From Eutreptiella sp. 'Long Island Sound 2002' (taxonomy: Eukaryota; Protista; Euglenida), in assembly GCA_964036045.1 (NCBI GenBank), contig OZ038378.1:41230001-41294000 (forward strand): a stretch of 64,000 nt of DNA. Reading direction: 5' to 3'. Below are positions 45,077-57,192 of this stretch, in pieces. The position numbers and the translations under genes are program-made. Numbering within the stretch: position 1 is the first letter of the stretch; each line of letters starts with the position of its first letter. The notes beneath the pieces are model-generated. The model did not search any database. It had not been told where the DNA came from and saw only the letters and a program-made list of their open reading frames with translations.

Positions 45077-46324
45077 TTGTATACCCTCTGCAGCAAATCC
45101 GGGTACTGTGACTATGTGCAAAGAATAATGTCGTATATTGGTCCCGAGTCACCTTGGCCACCGTGGGCTTCTGTTGTCAAGGCAGTCTTTTTGACCTCCG
45201 ACCTTTACCAAGGGTTACGTGACGGGCTTCGCAAGCCCCGTGTGACACCAAGTATTGAGCAGGCTGACGGTGGCCATCTGAGTCTTAAGTTGGGTGATAC
45301 CATTATTGACACAGACACAGGGAAAGTTTTGAAGGAGGAGGGTAGAGTTGCGCTACTCCCTTTTTGGGCAGGTTGCCGTGTTCCCAGCTTTATTACGGCA
45401 TTGCCATTTCTCTGCATCCGGATTGAAGTCCGAGGTATGTGGACGTTGGCCCTCCACAATATTGTGGCACAATATGTATTGAATGGTATTTTGGTGGCAC
45501 TCACTGGTGAGACTACGGACGTTCGGGCCCGTGTTAGCAACCTAAAGGCATCCTGTGCTGAGGAATTTTTCCATGCCAATGTATGTGTGTACAACCTGTC
45601 CAAGGCATCAGCACTGTACAACATTGCACGGACTGCTCTTGCAATGTGTAGTTTGCACCAATTTTCTGCACGCCTACCCCGATATCTTTCTTATATTCCG
45701 GGCAGCTTGACGACTGCCATTCTTGTTGAAGTGTTCTGTTATTTGTTGTATGCATTACATTTGATTCAGCAAACTAGTACATGGGTAATGGTTTGCACAC
45801 AGCAACTAGATTTTTCTGCAGCCCTGTCCATTCAAAGCATGTTCCCTGTGAACATTGCAGTTCCATACTTGTCTGCGGAGAAGTCTGTTCCTGAGTCATT
45901 TGTTACTGATTTGAGGGTTGCTGTGTCGAACTGCGACACTGTGGCACCAATCCTGTGGGAACGAGTCTGTGAAGACCTTGCACATGGTTTTTTAGTGGAT
46001 TGTACGGGAAGGAAGTATGGAGAACAAGAAGCCGAGGCCACCCAACCAGAGGAAGAGGACGGTGAGTCCCGGAAACCCCCCCCCCAAATGTCAACCCAAA
46101 AGTCAACGACATGGCCCCTACACACAAATTCAACCAGCCCCAACGAAGGCCAAGCCCCAGCAAGAGCGCCAGCGTTTCAAGGTGCAAGCACTGAGCTAGC
46201 TGGACGCCATAGCGAACGAGGGGCCGCGGGCAGTCAATGCCGAGCTGACCACTATGGCCTAGGCCCGCAATCAGGAGATTTGGCTCTGACTGGACCAACT
46301 ACACAGCACCAGGATGCACTGTGA
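45077..46324 (+). CDS. Long hypothetical ORF (415 aa) inside the transposon; product unrecognised
   Basis: Length only; no motif recognised. Confidence 0.2.
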   Translation: MYTLCSKSGYCDYVQRIMSYIGPESPWPPWASVVKAVFLTSDLYQGLRDGLRKPRVTPSIEQADGGHLSLKLGDTIIDTDTGKVLKEEGRVALLPFWAGCRVPSFITALPFLCIRIEVRGMWTLALHNIVAQYVLNGILVALTGETTDVRARVSNLKASCAEEFFHANVCVYNLSKASALYNIARTALAMCSLHQFSARLPRYLSYIPGSLTTAILVEVFCYLLYALHLIQQTSTWVMVCTQQLDFSAALSIQSMFPVNIAVPYLSAEKSVPESFVTDLRVAVSNCDTVAPILWERVCEDLAHGFLVDCTGRKYGEQEAEATQPEEEDGESRKPPPQMSTQKSTTWPLHTNSTSPNEGQAPARAPAFQGASTELAGRHSERGAAGSQCRADHYGLGPQSGDLALTGPTTQHQDAL

Positions 46325-46364
46325 AATTGTGGACAATCATGGAGAGCCATCGCTTATGAGCGAC

Positions 46365-46988
46365 CAAGAACTCTACTTGGTGATGGTCCAAATCAACCGG
46401 ACCCCGAACACCCACGTTCTGACGAACATGCAGGTCCAGTGGCGACCCAAGAGTGCAGGCAAGTGGCACCCGTTCCAATGGGAGGCGATCCTGCACTGTC
46501 GGACGGCAGAGGGACACAGAGCGGTGCCCTCCTTTGTGAGCAGAAATGGAGACTGCCTGCATGTGTGGCTAACGTGCCGAGCTGACCTCTTAAGGCTGTT
46601 CCAAAGAACGCTCTCACGCAAACAGACCCGGTACCCGGAGACGCCCTACGGTTCCTCTACACGCTGCTGAGCACACCGCCGTGCGAACGGCGATATGCCG
46701 GATCCGGGACAACATGCAGGGGGGTGTAAGAAGCGGCAGAGGCACAAGAAAAACCCTTGGGGAGGGTGAGGAGAGGGAGCAAAGATGAGGAGGGAGAGAG
46801 AGAGCAAGACACAGAGAGAGAGAGAGGGAGACACAGATAGAGAGCTGAACAGGTCAGGGCTACAGTGTAGAAAGCATCTCTTCGTAGCTCAGTGTGTGTA
46901 TAGCACACCTCTTCTGTCCGGTAGAGGAGGGTTCCAACCCCGGGAGGGGATAGAGACCCACCGAACATCCCGAAAACCCCCTTTATGC

Positions 46989-47024
<36 letters not shown>

Positions 47025-47372
47025 GAGAGAGAGAGCGGGTCACAGAGAGGGTCACAAAGAGAGAAAGAGAGAGTGGGAGGAAGGCCAGAGAGAGAGAGAA
47101 AGAGAGACAACGAGAGAGAGACAGATCGAGAGAGTGAGAGAGAGAGACCCGCAAAGCGAGTGTAAGAGACTAACCGGCACTCTAGGAGGGTGGTGGGTGC
47201 AAGCTGACCCAAATGTACAGGCAGCCAACGCACAATCACAAACCACCTGGAGTGGTACAGAACTGGTCAGTGCTGCAGTGCAGCAAGGCGAAACAATGAA
47301 CTGAGTGGTGACGACCATGCGCCTGTGACACGGGGGCGTATGCGAGCCCAGTATCCGTTGCCTCATGGCCCC
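46365..47372 (+). mobile_element. Dispersed repeat, copy 2 (paralogue of 5740-6510), with expanded GA tract
   Basis: MQVQWRPKSAGKWHPFQWEAIL...WLTCRADLL and the shared 3' end CCGTTGCCTCATGGCCCC. Confidence 0.85.
46989..47035. repeat. (GA)n microsatellite within a GA-rich tract (~46780-47150)
   Basis: Direct reading. Confidence 0.95.
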
Positions 47373-48486
47373 AAAAGTGAACCGGCAAGCAGGGGGACGG
47401 CACCCCCGCCAAGGCCAAAAAACCAAAGGCTAGAGCAAGCAGCTCACAGCAAAGCCCCAAGTCTGCATCAAAGCCTCCACCCAACAAGGCGTTGGGCACG
47501 TTTGCAGCCCATTTCACACCGTCCTAGCAGACACACAATGGACGTGGTGCCACTGGTGGTGCTAACAGTGAGATGCGTGGTGACCAGGCACTACAAGCAA
47601 ATGGTGGCCAGTTTACTAGAAAGGATGCCCACCCAAAGGCCCTGGCCTGAGGAAGCGGCGCCAGAGTGACAATGGTGTGTGCTCTGACTGATGTCTTGTA
47701 TGTTTTACCTATTACACGTCTGAATGTCGTTCTGCGCTGTCTCTGCAGATACTATTGACGTTTTGCGAACTGTTTTTTTGTGTTTTACCAAAGCTGGAAG
47801 AAATTTTGCCCAGGTTGAGGCGCTTCCCGGAATACGCGGTTCGTTTTTACATTTTTGTAAAGCTGGAAGAAATTTCGCCCAGAGGTCTCAACAATGCAAA
47901 TAGAGACCTCGATTACGATGCATGAATTTGAGTGACTGTCAATTGACAGCCCTTGGGTACACACATGGTGCATCAATCTTTGCCAAGTGTGTGCTACCCT
48001 ACTTCTTGCACTGCATCGCCTCGGTGGATGATACATTTGTGTGGAACACTGGAAAGGTTTGTTGTATTCCAGAAACCTTCTTTCTCCCTCTGCTTTTCTA
48101 GTATGCATGCATGCTTATTGTGTTTTGACAAGTGGTGTGTGGTTACATGAGAATAGCATTTTAGATAATTAGAGATACTTATTTTTTCCTACCAGGTGCA
48201 AGGGGTCCCCTAGGTGCAAAATTCATACCCTGGTTTTTGGTGTACTCACAAGGGGCCAGTATGGCCCCGCGGAGCTCTGCCCGTGGGTAGGGGGGTGGGC
48301 AGTTAGCATGGCCTAAGAAGTGTATTGGCCATTGCAAATTACGTGGAGTTGTGCTGGACCAAGGTAAATCACAAGGAATTGAAGATTTACAGGACCATGG
48401 AATATGGGCCATCACCGGTCATCGATTGGGACCACGTGGCACAGGGAAAGTAGGACCTACTTGCAATCCCCCTTGATGGTGCGGTA

Positions 48487-48721
48487 GCTACTTTTGATTC
48501 TGTCCCGTTTGATGGAGACCCCCGAGAACAGAGGGGTTGCGTAGCACTTCCGCCCTCATTTGGGCCCCCAAGAAGGCACGGTTGAGGAAGCCACTTTCGA
48601 TTTTGTCGCTTTTGATGGGGACCCCTGAGAACGCATGGGCTACGTAGCACCTCCGCCTTCATGTGGGCCCTTGAAAAGGGAAGAGTGAGGCAGTCACTTT
48701 TGATTCTATCCCGTTTGATGG
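48487..48721. repeat. Tandem repeat, 103-bp unit, ~2.3 copies
   Basis: Units begin at 48487, 48590 and 48693 with GYYACTTTYGATT. Confidence 0.85.
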
Positions 48722-49849
48722 CAAGGGGGCCTGGGCGGCTCAACCACCAGTGCATTGGTGCTAAGGAGTGTGGAGGCCTCGGTTGTTGTATGCTAATCTC
48801 TTAGGCCACCGCGTCTTTGCTACACCTGATATGTGAAACACCACCATCAAATAAGCATGCAAATATCCGTCCTTTTTGAGGCAAAACACGCCCCAATTTC
48901 CTTCTCCGAACCCAAAAAGTGGACAAATACACACTTGTGCACATCCAAGGTAACCACCCGCACCGCGTGTTGGAAAATTTCATTTGCGCGCAAAAGCGGT
49001 ATAAGCCCCCCCTTTGTTCAAAGTTGCCAATCATAGGCAAAACCCCATGACTTCACATCTCGCAAAAAAGCCCCCCCGCCCCCCTTGCTACAACACCCAA
49101 GTATGCGGCAACATCAAGTGGCAGTGAAAAGTTGAGAGTTGGTGTGCAAAATGTGCTGGTAGACTTTTGTTAAAATGTGCATGTCCGCTTGGTCCTCATG
49201 GTTCACCGGGGCCTACCCGGGGTGGCTTTGGGACGCAGTCTGGCCATGGGCACCGCCCATACTGTCCTCTAGTAGGGCAAACTTCGGTGGACACATCTCT
49301 CAATCCACCACATGCATTTTTTTTGCAAGGAAGTGGAGAATCTTGTGCAAGTTCTTCTGCTTTGGCATGGAGAAGAATCAACGGACCTTCGAGCGCATGT
49401 TGCACAAGAGCGGGGGGGCTAAGCATCCTCTAGGGGAGGTTAGGTGTGCAAGTAGTTAAGGACAACCACACCATTGTAGATTCTTTGGCGGCACACACGG
49501 GTGGGATGTGACCAAGAGGGCACAACATGGGCAAGGGCACATCAACTTGCAAAGCTTTTGGGGCCGTCCGAGAAGACGGCTCAAGTTCCGAAATGGCGCA
49601 CCTTCAAACCCTAGAGAGGCCGTTCAGATGCCGCGACCTAAGGATATAAAGATCCATCTTGCACAAACACCATCACTGCCTATGGGATGGGGTGCTTGAT
49701 GGGGTGCACAAGGTGCATAGTCAGCAAATTTTGGCAACAGTGGGAGTGGATGTGAATGATGTTCGCGTGATTTCGTGCAAAGGGTGCATGAATTTCGTCT
49801 AATTTCAGGCAGATTCATTGTCATCGCCATCATGCAACGATGCCGGCTT

Positions 49850-50375
49850 TTGCATTTTTGAGCTTTGGGCACCATTTGGCTGTGGTCCGTCCATTTGGGC
49901 CGCTAGTTTTCGTGGATGGTGTGGAATGAATCCGGGTCATGACTTTTACCCTATCGCCGACCTCATATGCAACCAAAAATATAGTGTATCGGTGGCAAAA
50001 GATCAAAATACGGACACATTCATATGAATTTGCGTGCTCCATTTGTACGACCGTTTCAATCCCGTTCACCAAGGGCACACATGACAACAATGTTGATCCA
50101 GGCCGCGGCTACATAGATGTGATCGTCTATACCCAAGTCTTGCCCCCATGGTGTCTTTCTTGAGGACACACCTTACCCGTGCGAAACTACAAGTCCCAAG
50201 ATGGACGGTGTAAATTGTTCTAGACCCCATGTCATTATGTTCCCGTGGGCTTGGACCCTATGCGGGGCTGCTGCACACGCCTAGCGCCAGAACACCACAA
50301 TTTGATTGCAAATAGGTGTTCAAGGGGGCCTCACCCACGTTGGCGTGCCATGCGGTGAGCCGTTATCCATGTTTT
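49850..50375 (-). pseudogene. Possible highly decayed retroviral-type (rve) integrase
   Basis: Minus-strand fragments in the expected order across frames: MDNGS, SSPA*GPS...SRTI, TWV-DD...ALG, YEVGDRVKV. Confidence 0.3.
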
Positions 50376-52659
50376 GGTGCCAACGGGCTGTTTTTCACCC
50401 ATTTTCATGGATGAAAGTTTGAAACCTTTCTGAAAACGGCCAATGTGCCATCGAGTCGGGCGGCTAGCCGCCAGGGTCCCCAAGGGGGATTGGTGCGTAC
50501 CCCAACATAGATACTTGAAAACGATCCTAATAAACCGCTGATCATTCTGAACATACACACGTGAGGTAAAGAAAAATTACACAAAAAATTCTGCTCATCA
50601 CCTGAAGTTGCCATCCGCGAAGGTCAACCGACGGGTTGGGACAGGGTCGAATTGCTTTTTTGTGCCTTTTGGGGAATTTTGAGTTCTCTTCAAAATTCTG
50701 AGTTTTAAATAAAAGATATAGAGGGTAAAACAAAAAAATTTGCCGCATGAGGCCCTTTGGCGCCAACCATACTCCCTGAAATCCACATAACACAAGGAGC
50801 TAGGCACGGAGGCGCTACCGCCCCTGTTTCTGGTGACGCCGGTGTCAACCCCCCCCCCCCCCCTTGGCACCCGAGAAGAGTAATTTTCAGGCCGCCGTTG
50901 CAGTACCAAAGGCAACACGGCAGTGCGCACGGTAGTGCAAGCAAACCCGGCAAACCGTTCCTTAGGGGGATTTTGCCTTCAAATTTTGGCTGCCCGCCAT
51001 GCACTTGTACTTTACAGTCGACACACAAAAGAAAACCAAATTCCCTTGACCCTCCCCCCCGAGTCTTTGAAACTTACCTTTGCCGCCTTAAACGTGTTAA
51101 ATCAACACACCAAGGCCAAGTTGTGTTCATCCCCATTCGTAGGGGTTTAATACCATACGAGACCCGTAATGCCACTTTGGTTGCAATTTGCGGGTTGCGC
51201 ACGCCGTGTTTTCCGTGCATGCCGAACCGGTGCGGTGCAGTGTGCACTCCCATATTACCCTGCGTTTTTGCTGCGATTGATTCTTGTAGTATTGTGTGGC
51301 ACAAGAGCATTTGAATGATTGTCTTCACGGCCACTCTAAAAATGTGTGATATGAACTCACCAGTGCCGCATGGTTGGCCCCAAGTGAACAAGCAATGTGA
51401 AACCATGGGATATGGAAAGGGGGGAGGATGGCTTTTGACCAGAAGGCCAACAGTCCGGGTAAGTTGCGGTCTTCTCAATGGGACACAACTACACATAACC
51501 TTCTCCTGTTGCACTCGTAGGTGGCTCTGCGCCACATCGTCAACGCCACCGGGCGGCAAAGGCGCCTTCTAGAAGAGTCGCATTCCAAACGTGCATTGGT
51601 TGAGTGGATTAAGAGGCGATCAATGGTGCCTTGCAGCCGCACAAGCAGTTGGGGGGTATGAAGAATGGTTGGGTGTGGCCTAAAAGTACTCACTCAGCCT
51701 CAAGCCCGTGGAAGTACTTATGCCCAAAATGAAGACGACAAGTATCAAGTAACCTTGGTTATTGCGGTGGAAAAATGTGACAAACCATCCGCATCACCTG
51801 CCGGGGATGACAGACCGGCGAAGCGTACACACGGTTCATTTGCAATTGTTGTTCACACTTTGGCGCCCAAGCATGGTTCGCCCTAGTCTCGTGACTGTGT
51901 GCTCTACACCATTAGGCTGGTTAATCTAGCTGGAGGCACGCGCACCTCAAAGGTGGTCATCAGCCTTCCCGACGACCGCCCAATGGTGTGTGTTGTGCGC
52001 CACCCAAAGCACAACGTGGCCACAAATCGTGCCTATGCGGCCTAGCATGCTTTCAAGTGGCTCATTGGCAGTGCTGATGAGTCGCACGCCCCGCCAGTGA
52101 AGCTGAGGAACAATGCAATGGGTCACAATTGCAGAACTGCAGGGCAGTGCACGCTAGTGCTCAAGGCCCATTGTGAAATAAGAGTCGTGTCATGCGGCAA
52201 GATATGGTGAAAGCTTTTGGTGAGGCTGCGCGTAGCATGAGGCCCTATCCCCTCACCCATACTATGTGGCAACTAATCGCCGCTTTTTGCATCTTGACCA
52301 TGGAATTACTATGCAAGAGTGTTTTGCTAAGAATGCGTAGGAAACCCCACATGGAAGTGCTGGGCTTGTAGAATGTGGCAGCTTGGACGGCGGTAGCTTT
52401 GTGCTTAGACGGTGTCTGGAAAGCCCGAAGATTCCTCGTCTTTGGCAGTTCAACACCGAGAAGGTGGCACGCTTCAAGTACGCCACACATTTTGTGGCGG
52501 CTGAATTTTTGCCTTACGTGTTTTGTTATTCATGATAGCATAGGAACATTAACCTGGCCAATGCGTTGATAAGGGTTCTCTGAATAGCAACATTTCCATG
52601 GACAACATGCAGTTTTTGTTTTCTGTTTTGTGCATGTAGATTTCGCATTTTTGGAGGAC

Positions 52660-53450
52660 GGGGACCACATGTTGGACTCCACATGGCAACGTAGGTCTTG
52701 CGTTCATATATTTTTTCAAAGGATGAACCACATGAGGCACGATAGGGGGACTATGATAGAGTCAACACAATACAAGCCAATGAATTTACATAAGTCGGAC
52801 CACCCATGGTGCAAGCATTTTCGTGCATTGAATTGTTGAAAGCACGGACCACATGAGGCACTGGGAGAACGTCCACCATACGCGGAGGAATGAATTTTCG
52901 AAGGTCGGACCACACATGGTACATGGTGTAGCGTGCATTGAATTTTCGAAGGGTAGGACCACACAACGCATACAATATTTATTACACATCCAGCGAGACA
53001 CATGGCAATGAATTTTGGAAAGGTCAGATCACCTTAGCCACTATGATAGATTCAACAAAACACAAGGCAATGACTTTTCGAAGGGTCACACAACACATGA
53101 TACAAAGAGTTGTGTGCATTAAATTTTGGAAAGGCCGGGCACAAAAGCCATTATACTAGTCAAAATAGAGTGAACGAGACACATCGCAATCAATTTTCGA
53201 AAGGACGAAGCACAAATGATGCAAGGAGTTATGTGCATTGAGCTTTTAAAAGGCCGGACCACACGACGCATTATAACAATTATATACAGTCAAAGAGACA
53301 CAGGGTAATGAATTTTTGATGGGTCGGACCACGTGAGCCACTATGATGAAGTCAATGAAACACATGGCAGTGTATCTTCGAAACATCAGATCACACATGA
53401 TACGAGGAGTTGCGTGCATTGAATTTTTGAAAAGTGCAACCACACATGGC
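52660..53450 (+). repeat. Satellite array, ~181-bp unit of three related subunits (orientation 1)
   Basis: GAATTTTCGAAGGTCGGACCAC-type core recurs every ~47-68 bp. Equivalent positions at 52920, 53101, 53220 and 53401. Confidence 0.9.
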
Positions 53451-53464
53451 TACCGTTACCCTAA

Positions 53465-53779
53465 CACGACCTTTTGAAAATCCATTGACGTGTGTCTCGT
53501 TGACGCTATTATAACTATTACAATGTGTCATGTGGTCCAACCTTTCGAAATTTCAATGCGCGGTGCACCATTTACCATATGTGGTTCGACCTTTTGAAAT
53601 TCCTTGACAAGTGTGTTGTTTACTCTAGTATAACGGTGGCAATGCGTCATGTGGTACGACCCTTGGAAAATTCATTGCCACGTGTTTCCTTGACTCCTTC
53701 ATAGTGGCTCACGTGGTCCAAATTTTTGACCTTCGTCTCGTTCACTGCATTATTATAATAGCTCATGTGGTCCGAGCTT
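53465..53779 (-). repeat. Same satellite, inverted orientation
   Basis: The reverse complement matches the subunits of 53224-53450. Confidence 0.9.
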
Positions 53780-55103
53780 TTGAAATCCAGTTTCATGCTT
53801 CATGCTCAATAAGGAGCACCACAAGAAAGTGGTGAACTGGACAAAAGCCAACGTGGCCCGGGACTTCAAGATGCAGTCCCTACGGAACGCCCTCCTGATC
53901 ACCGTCTCAGGAGATCGCGAGAAGGCAGCAATGTGGCGCCTGGACAAGTGTGAGGTGGGCCGCCAGGCTCGGTCTGCAGGCCATCCCGGCGCGGATGAGC
54001 TGCGACGACGTGCGGGAATGGGTCGGAGAGGAAGTGCTCAAGGAGTACAAGAACCTCCGCCCCAACCGCGGGCTGCAAGGAGGCGAACGCAACGTCCACT
54101 AGGGAAGCTGCCATGGACCCTGCAGAAGCCGAAGTCGGCGATGGTCTCGACGATGATGACGACGAGGCCGAACCAGCGGAGACTGCCGTCTGTGCCCTCG
54201 TGGCCAACAACCTGCACAAGGGAGGCAGCCGGGGAGGGGCATGTCCAGTTGTCGTGTTGGAAGGGGGCGTTCCGCCCGTAGCACACGAAGAAGGCTTGAG
54301 GCTGAGCTCGGATGAACTCCCCAAAGGACAGCGGCGGGTCGCCAACTCGGCGAGGTTCCTTCTTTTCCCTCTTCTTCCAACCCTGCTGAATGAGTTTCGA
54401 GCTTCATCCACAAGGCCGACACGGAGGCGTACAAGAAGGCGCACGAGACGAAGAAGCCTGCGTCCGCCAAAGTCCGGGAGACCAAGGTGGAGGTGTCCAA
54501 GGATGAGCTCTGCAAGTTGATGATGGTTGGCAGCGAGCTCACGAACGAGATCCAGGAAATCAGAGAGCCTGGGCTCCCAAGCAGGACAAGGACAAGGACA
54601 AGGACAAGGACAAGAAGGGCAAGGGGCGGTGGAGAAAGAAAGGTGACGGAGTGCATGATGTGACCGCGGAGGAGAACATCCCGACCAACGACACCCCTTA
54701 GCGGAGCCGCTGCAGCCAAGGGCCCCAGCTAGGACGGTCGCAAGACGGTGCGGTGGTCAATGCCGCACCGTCCTTGTCGAGAATTGTCGATTTCACCGGA
54801 CGTCCACCCAGCGGAATGCTTGGAACAACTTCGGAGAGGGCGGACATTTGCAATGGCTGAGTGAGGGCGAGTGCCGGAGGGCTAACTGCCCTAGGCCGAT
54901 CTTCCTGTCTGACCACGGTTCCCGGTGAAGGCGCCAACCCTTGCCCTGAGTCATCCTTTGCGACTAAGAATGTATGAGGCGTACTCCAAGATCTTTCGGA
55001 GACTATCGGGGGATCACCCGGCACCATGTGTTGGCCGAACTTTGAAAAATTTGTTGCCCTGAGTCTCGTCGGCGGTATCATACTATCTCATAGGGCATAA
55101 CGG
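53780..55103 (+). mobile_element. 1.3-kb insertion in the satellite, flanked by a 13-bp duplication, with coding-like fragments
   Basis: GTGGTCCGAGCTT occurs at 53767-53779 and 55104-55116. Frameshifted protein-like text (NWTKANVARDFK...DDVREWVGEEVLKEYK; DKDKDK tract). Confidence 0.55.
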
Positions 55104-55570
55104 GTGGTCCGAGCTTGGGAAAATTGATTGCCCCGTGTTTCTTTGCACTCGTCACGGTGGCTCACGTTGTCCAACCTTTCAAACTTTCATTGGCCCGTGT
55201 TTCGTTGAGCGTATTATAACTATTTTGATGCGTCGTATGGTCCGGAATTTTGGAAGTTCAATGCACACCGCTCTTTGCATCATGTGTGGTTCGTTCCAAA
55301 AGTCATTGCCCTATGTCTGGTTGACTCTATTATGGCTATTATTATGCCATGTGTGGTTGGACCTTTCAAAACTTCAATGCACGCAACTCCTTGTACCATG
55401 TGTGGTCTGACGTTTTGAAGATACACTGCCATGTGTTTCCTTCATTTCATCATAGTGGCTCACGTGGTCCGACCTCTAAAATTTATTGCCCTATGTCTCT
55501 TTGACTGTATATAATTGTTATAATGTGTCGTGTGGTCGGACCTTTTAAAGGTTCAATGCACACAACTCCT
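55104..55570 (-). repeat. Satellite continuation (inverted orientation)
   Basis: 55380-55570 is a close reverse complement of 53224-53415. Confidence 0.92.
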
Positions 55571-56683
55571 AAAACGCACTTTACCCTCGCGTCATAGCGC
55601 CCAAGGGGTTTTTGTCATGGCCGCGTGCTGGCGACGCCTAGGTTAGCAATAACCTAGGTTTTGCCAAAGGGGGGAGGAGGGATAGACCTGCCACTGTTCG
55701 GGACAGTACCACCCTGCTACCCCCCTGTTTCAGTGAAGTGTTCCTTCTTTGTTCGGGACCCGATCCCGTTGTGTTTTGTTCCTTTCTCTTTTTGTGTCAT
55801 GTCCCACCCGTCGCCGAATGAGTTGGAATCACTGGATCAAGAAGCCGAGGAGGCGTCGGGGGCGGGTTACGAGGCGATGTTGGGTGGCGCGACAGCCCCC
55901 GCTGGGCGACCTACGCAAGACCAGCCGCGCGCTAAGCGCACTAAATGCGCATTTGCAGGAGATGTCAACATGCCCGAGGTTGCCAGCGAGTTGTACGAGC
56001 GGTGGTCTCAATGGAGGGACAACGTGTCGGCTACTTTCCGGGCCTTCCTCAGTGATGGCATGGCTGCCAAGAAGGCCGGGGAGTACCACGTGGAGCTGAT
56101 GCACCGCGGTCTGGACCAAGCAGGCGTGGATGTGGCCACAGCGTGGGCGGCCCTGTTGGTGGAGCTCCATGCGGCTCTCCTGATGATGGGCCTTTACGAA
56201 AGCCATGAGCGCTGGAAGCTGGATGTGGTGGCCGGGGAGTGGCGTCACATGAATCCCCCGGCCGAGGCGCCCCCACAAGGCGCGGCGCCGCGTGGGCAGG
56301 ACCCGCGGGCCACTGATCGCGTCCGGGCTGAGATCGCTGTACTTAAGGCCCAGTTGGCACAACTACATGGCCCATCGGTCCCGCAACTATCACCGGGCGA
56401 GCTGCAGCGCGTAGCGAACGCGCAGCTGCACTACTCATGGCAACGCCAATTGGTGGAGACGCCTGTCATTTTCCTGAGGTGTGAGGCACCGCAGCATGGT
56501 TACGGTCAGTCAGAGGTGACAATTGCGATGGCCAACGGCACGTGGGCCGCCCTGTGGCCGACCCCCGGGATCAAAGAAGGCGAATTCTCGGCCCGACAGC
56601 AGACCCCGCAGGCGGCTAAGGCGGGCCCCCCTGGGGCCTGCTTCAAGTGCGGGCTGCACGGCCACTGGGCGCGCGAATGCAAC

Positions 56684-57192
56684 CCGGGGGGGGCAGCCGG
56701 GCCGGGTCCTTGTATGCGACCCCCCCCAGCCCCCCCCCCCCCCGGGTTTCAAAAGATAGTGGTGCCGGGTCGGCCCTCAACAAGTGTTCCTGGAGAAAAC
56801 TGTCTGGCGCCAAAGGCGCCAATTTTTTTTTTTGATACTATGTGTTTATACTCCAAATACTCAAATTTTTGTAGAAAATTCATATTTGTGTTAAGATAAC
56901 ACGAAAACTTTTTGTCCTGAAGGAGGGCTACAGGAAGGCTGCAGGCCCTAACAGCAACCTTAGCCCTAACCCCAACCCTAGCCCAAACCCTAACCCTAAC
57001 CCTAACCCTAGGGCTAACCCTAACCCTCACCCTAATCCTAACCCTAACCCCCCCCCTCACCCCGGGCTGGACGCCCCCCTGACCCCCCGGCCAGACGCCC
57101 CCCCGACCCCCCCCCCCTCCCCCCCCCCGAGTTTTGACAGATAGCGGGGGGGGGGTGGTCGCATCAGGACTGTTGGTAGTTGCCCCCCTCGG
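56684..57192. mobile_element. MITE 2 (509 bp), TIRs CCG(G/A)GGGGGGCA, 8-bp TSD AATGCAAC, internal telomeric repeats
   Basis: TSD at 56676-56683 and 57193-57200. The inverted match extends through GTCCT...ATGCGACC. Confidence 0.9.
56947..57050. repeat. Interstitial telomeric (CCCTAA)n, about 17 partly degenerate units
   Basis: Direct reading. Confidence 0.95.

Larger units (their letters stand above)
42953..47933 (+). mobile_element. ~5-kb DNA-transposon remnant with inverted ends and subterminal motif clusters
   Basis: ACTCAAATTCA (42953-42963) is inverted at 47923-47933. CTGGGCGAAATTT...CCAGC occurs four times at 42990-43265 and inverted twice at 47790-47885. Confidence 0.65.

Noticed and set aside
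46657-47165. SL/RE-dipeptide ORFs
   Set aside because: Translation of the (GA)n microsatellite.
52660-55570. CRISPR-like repeat-spacer array
   Set aside because: The repeats are degenerate, the inter-core segments are themselves repeated, there are no cas genes, and the context is eukaryotic. It is a satellite.
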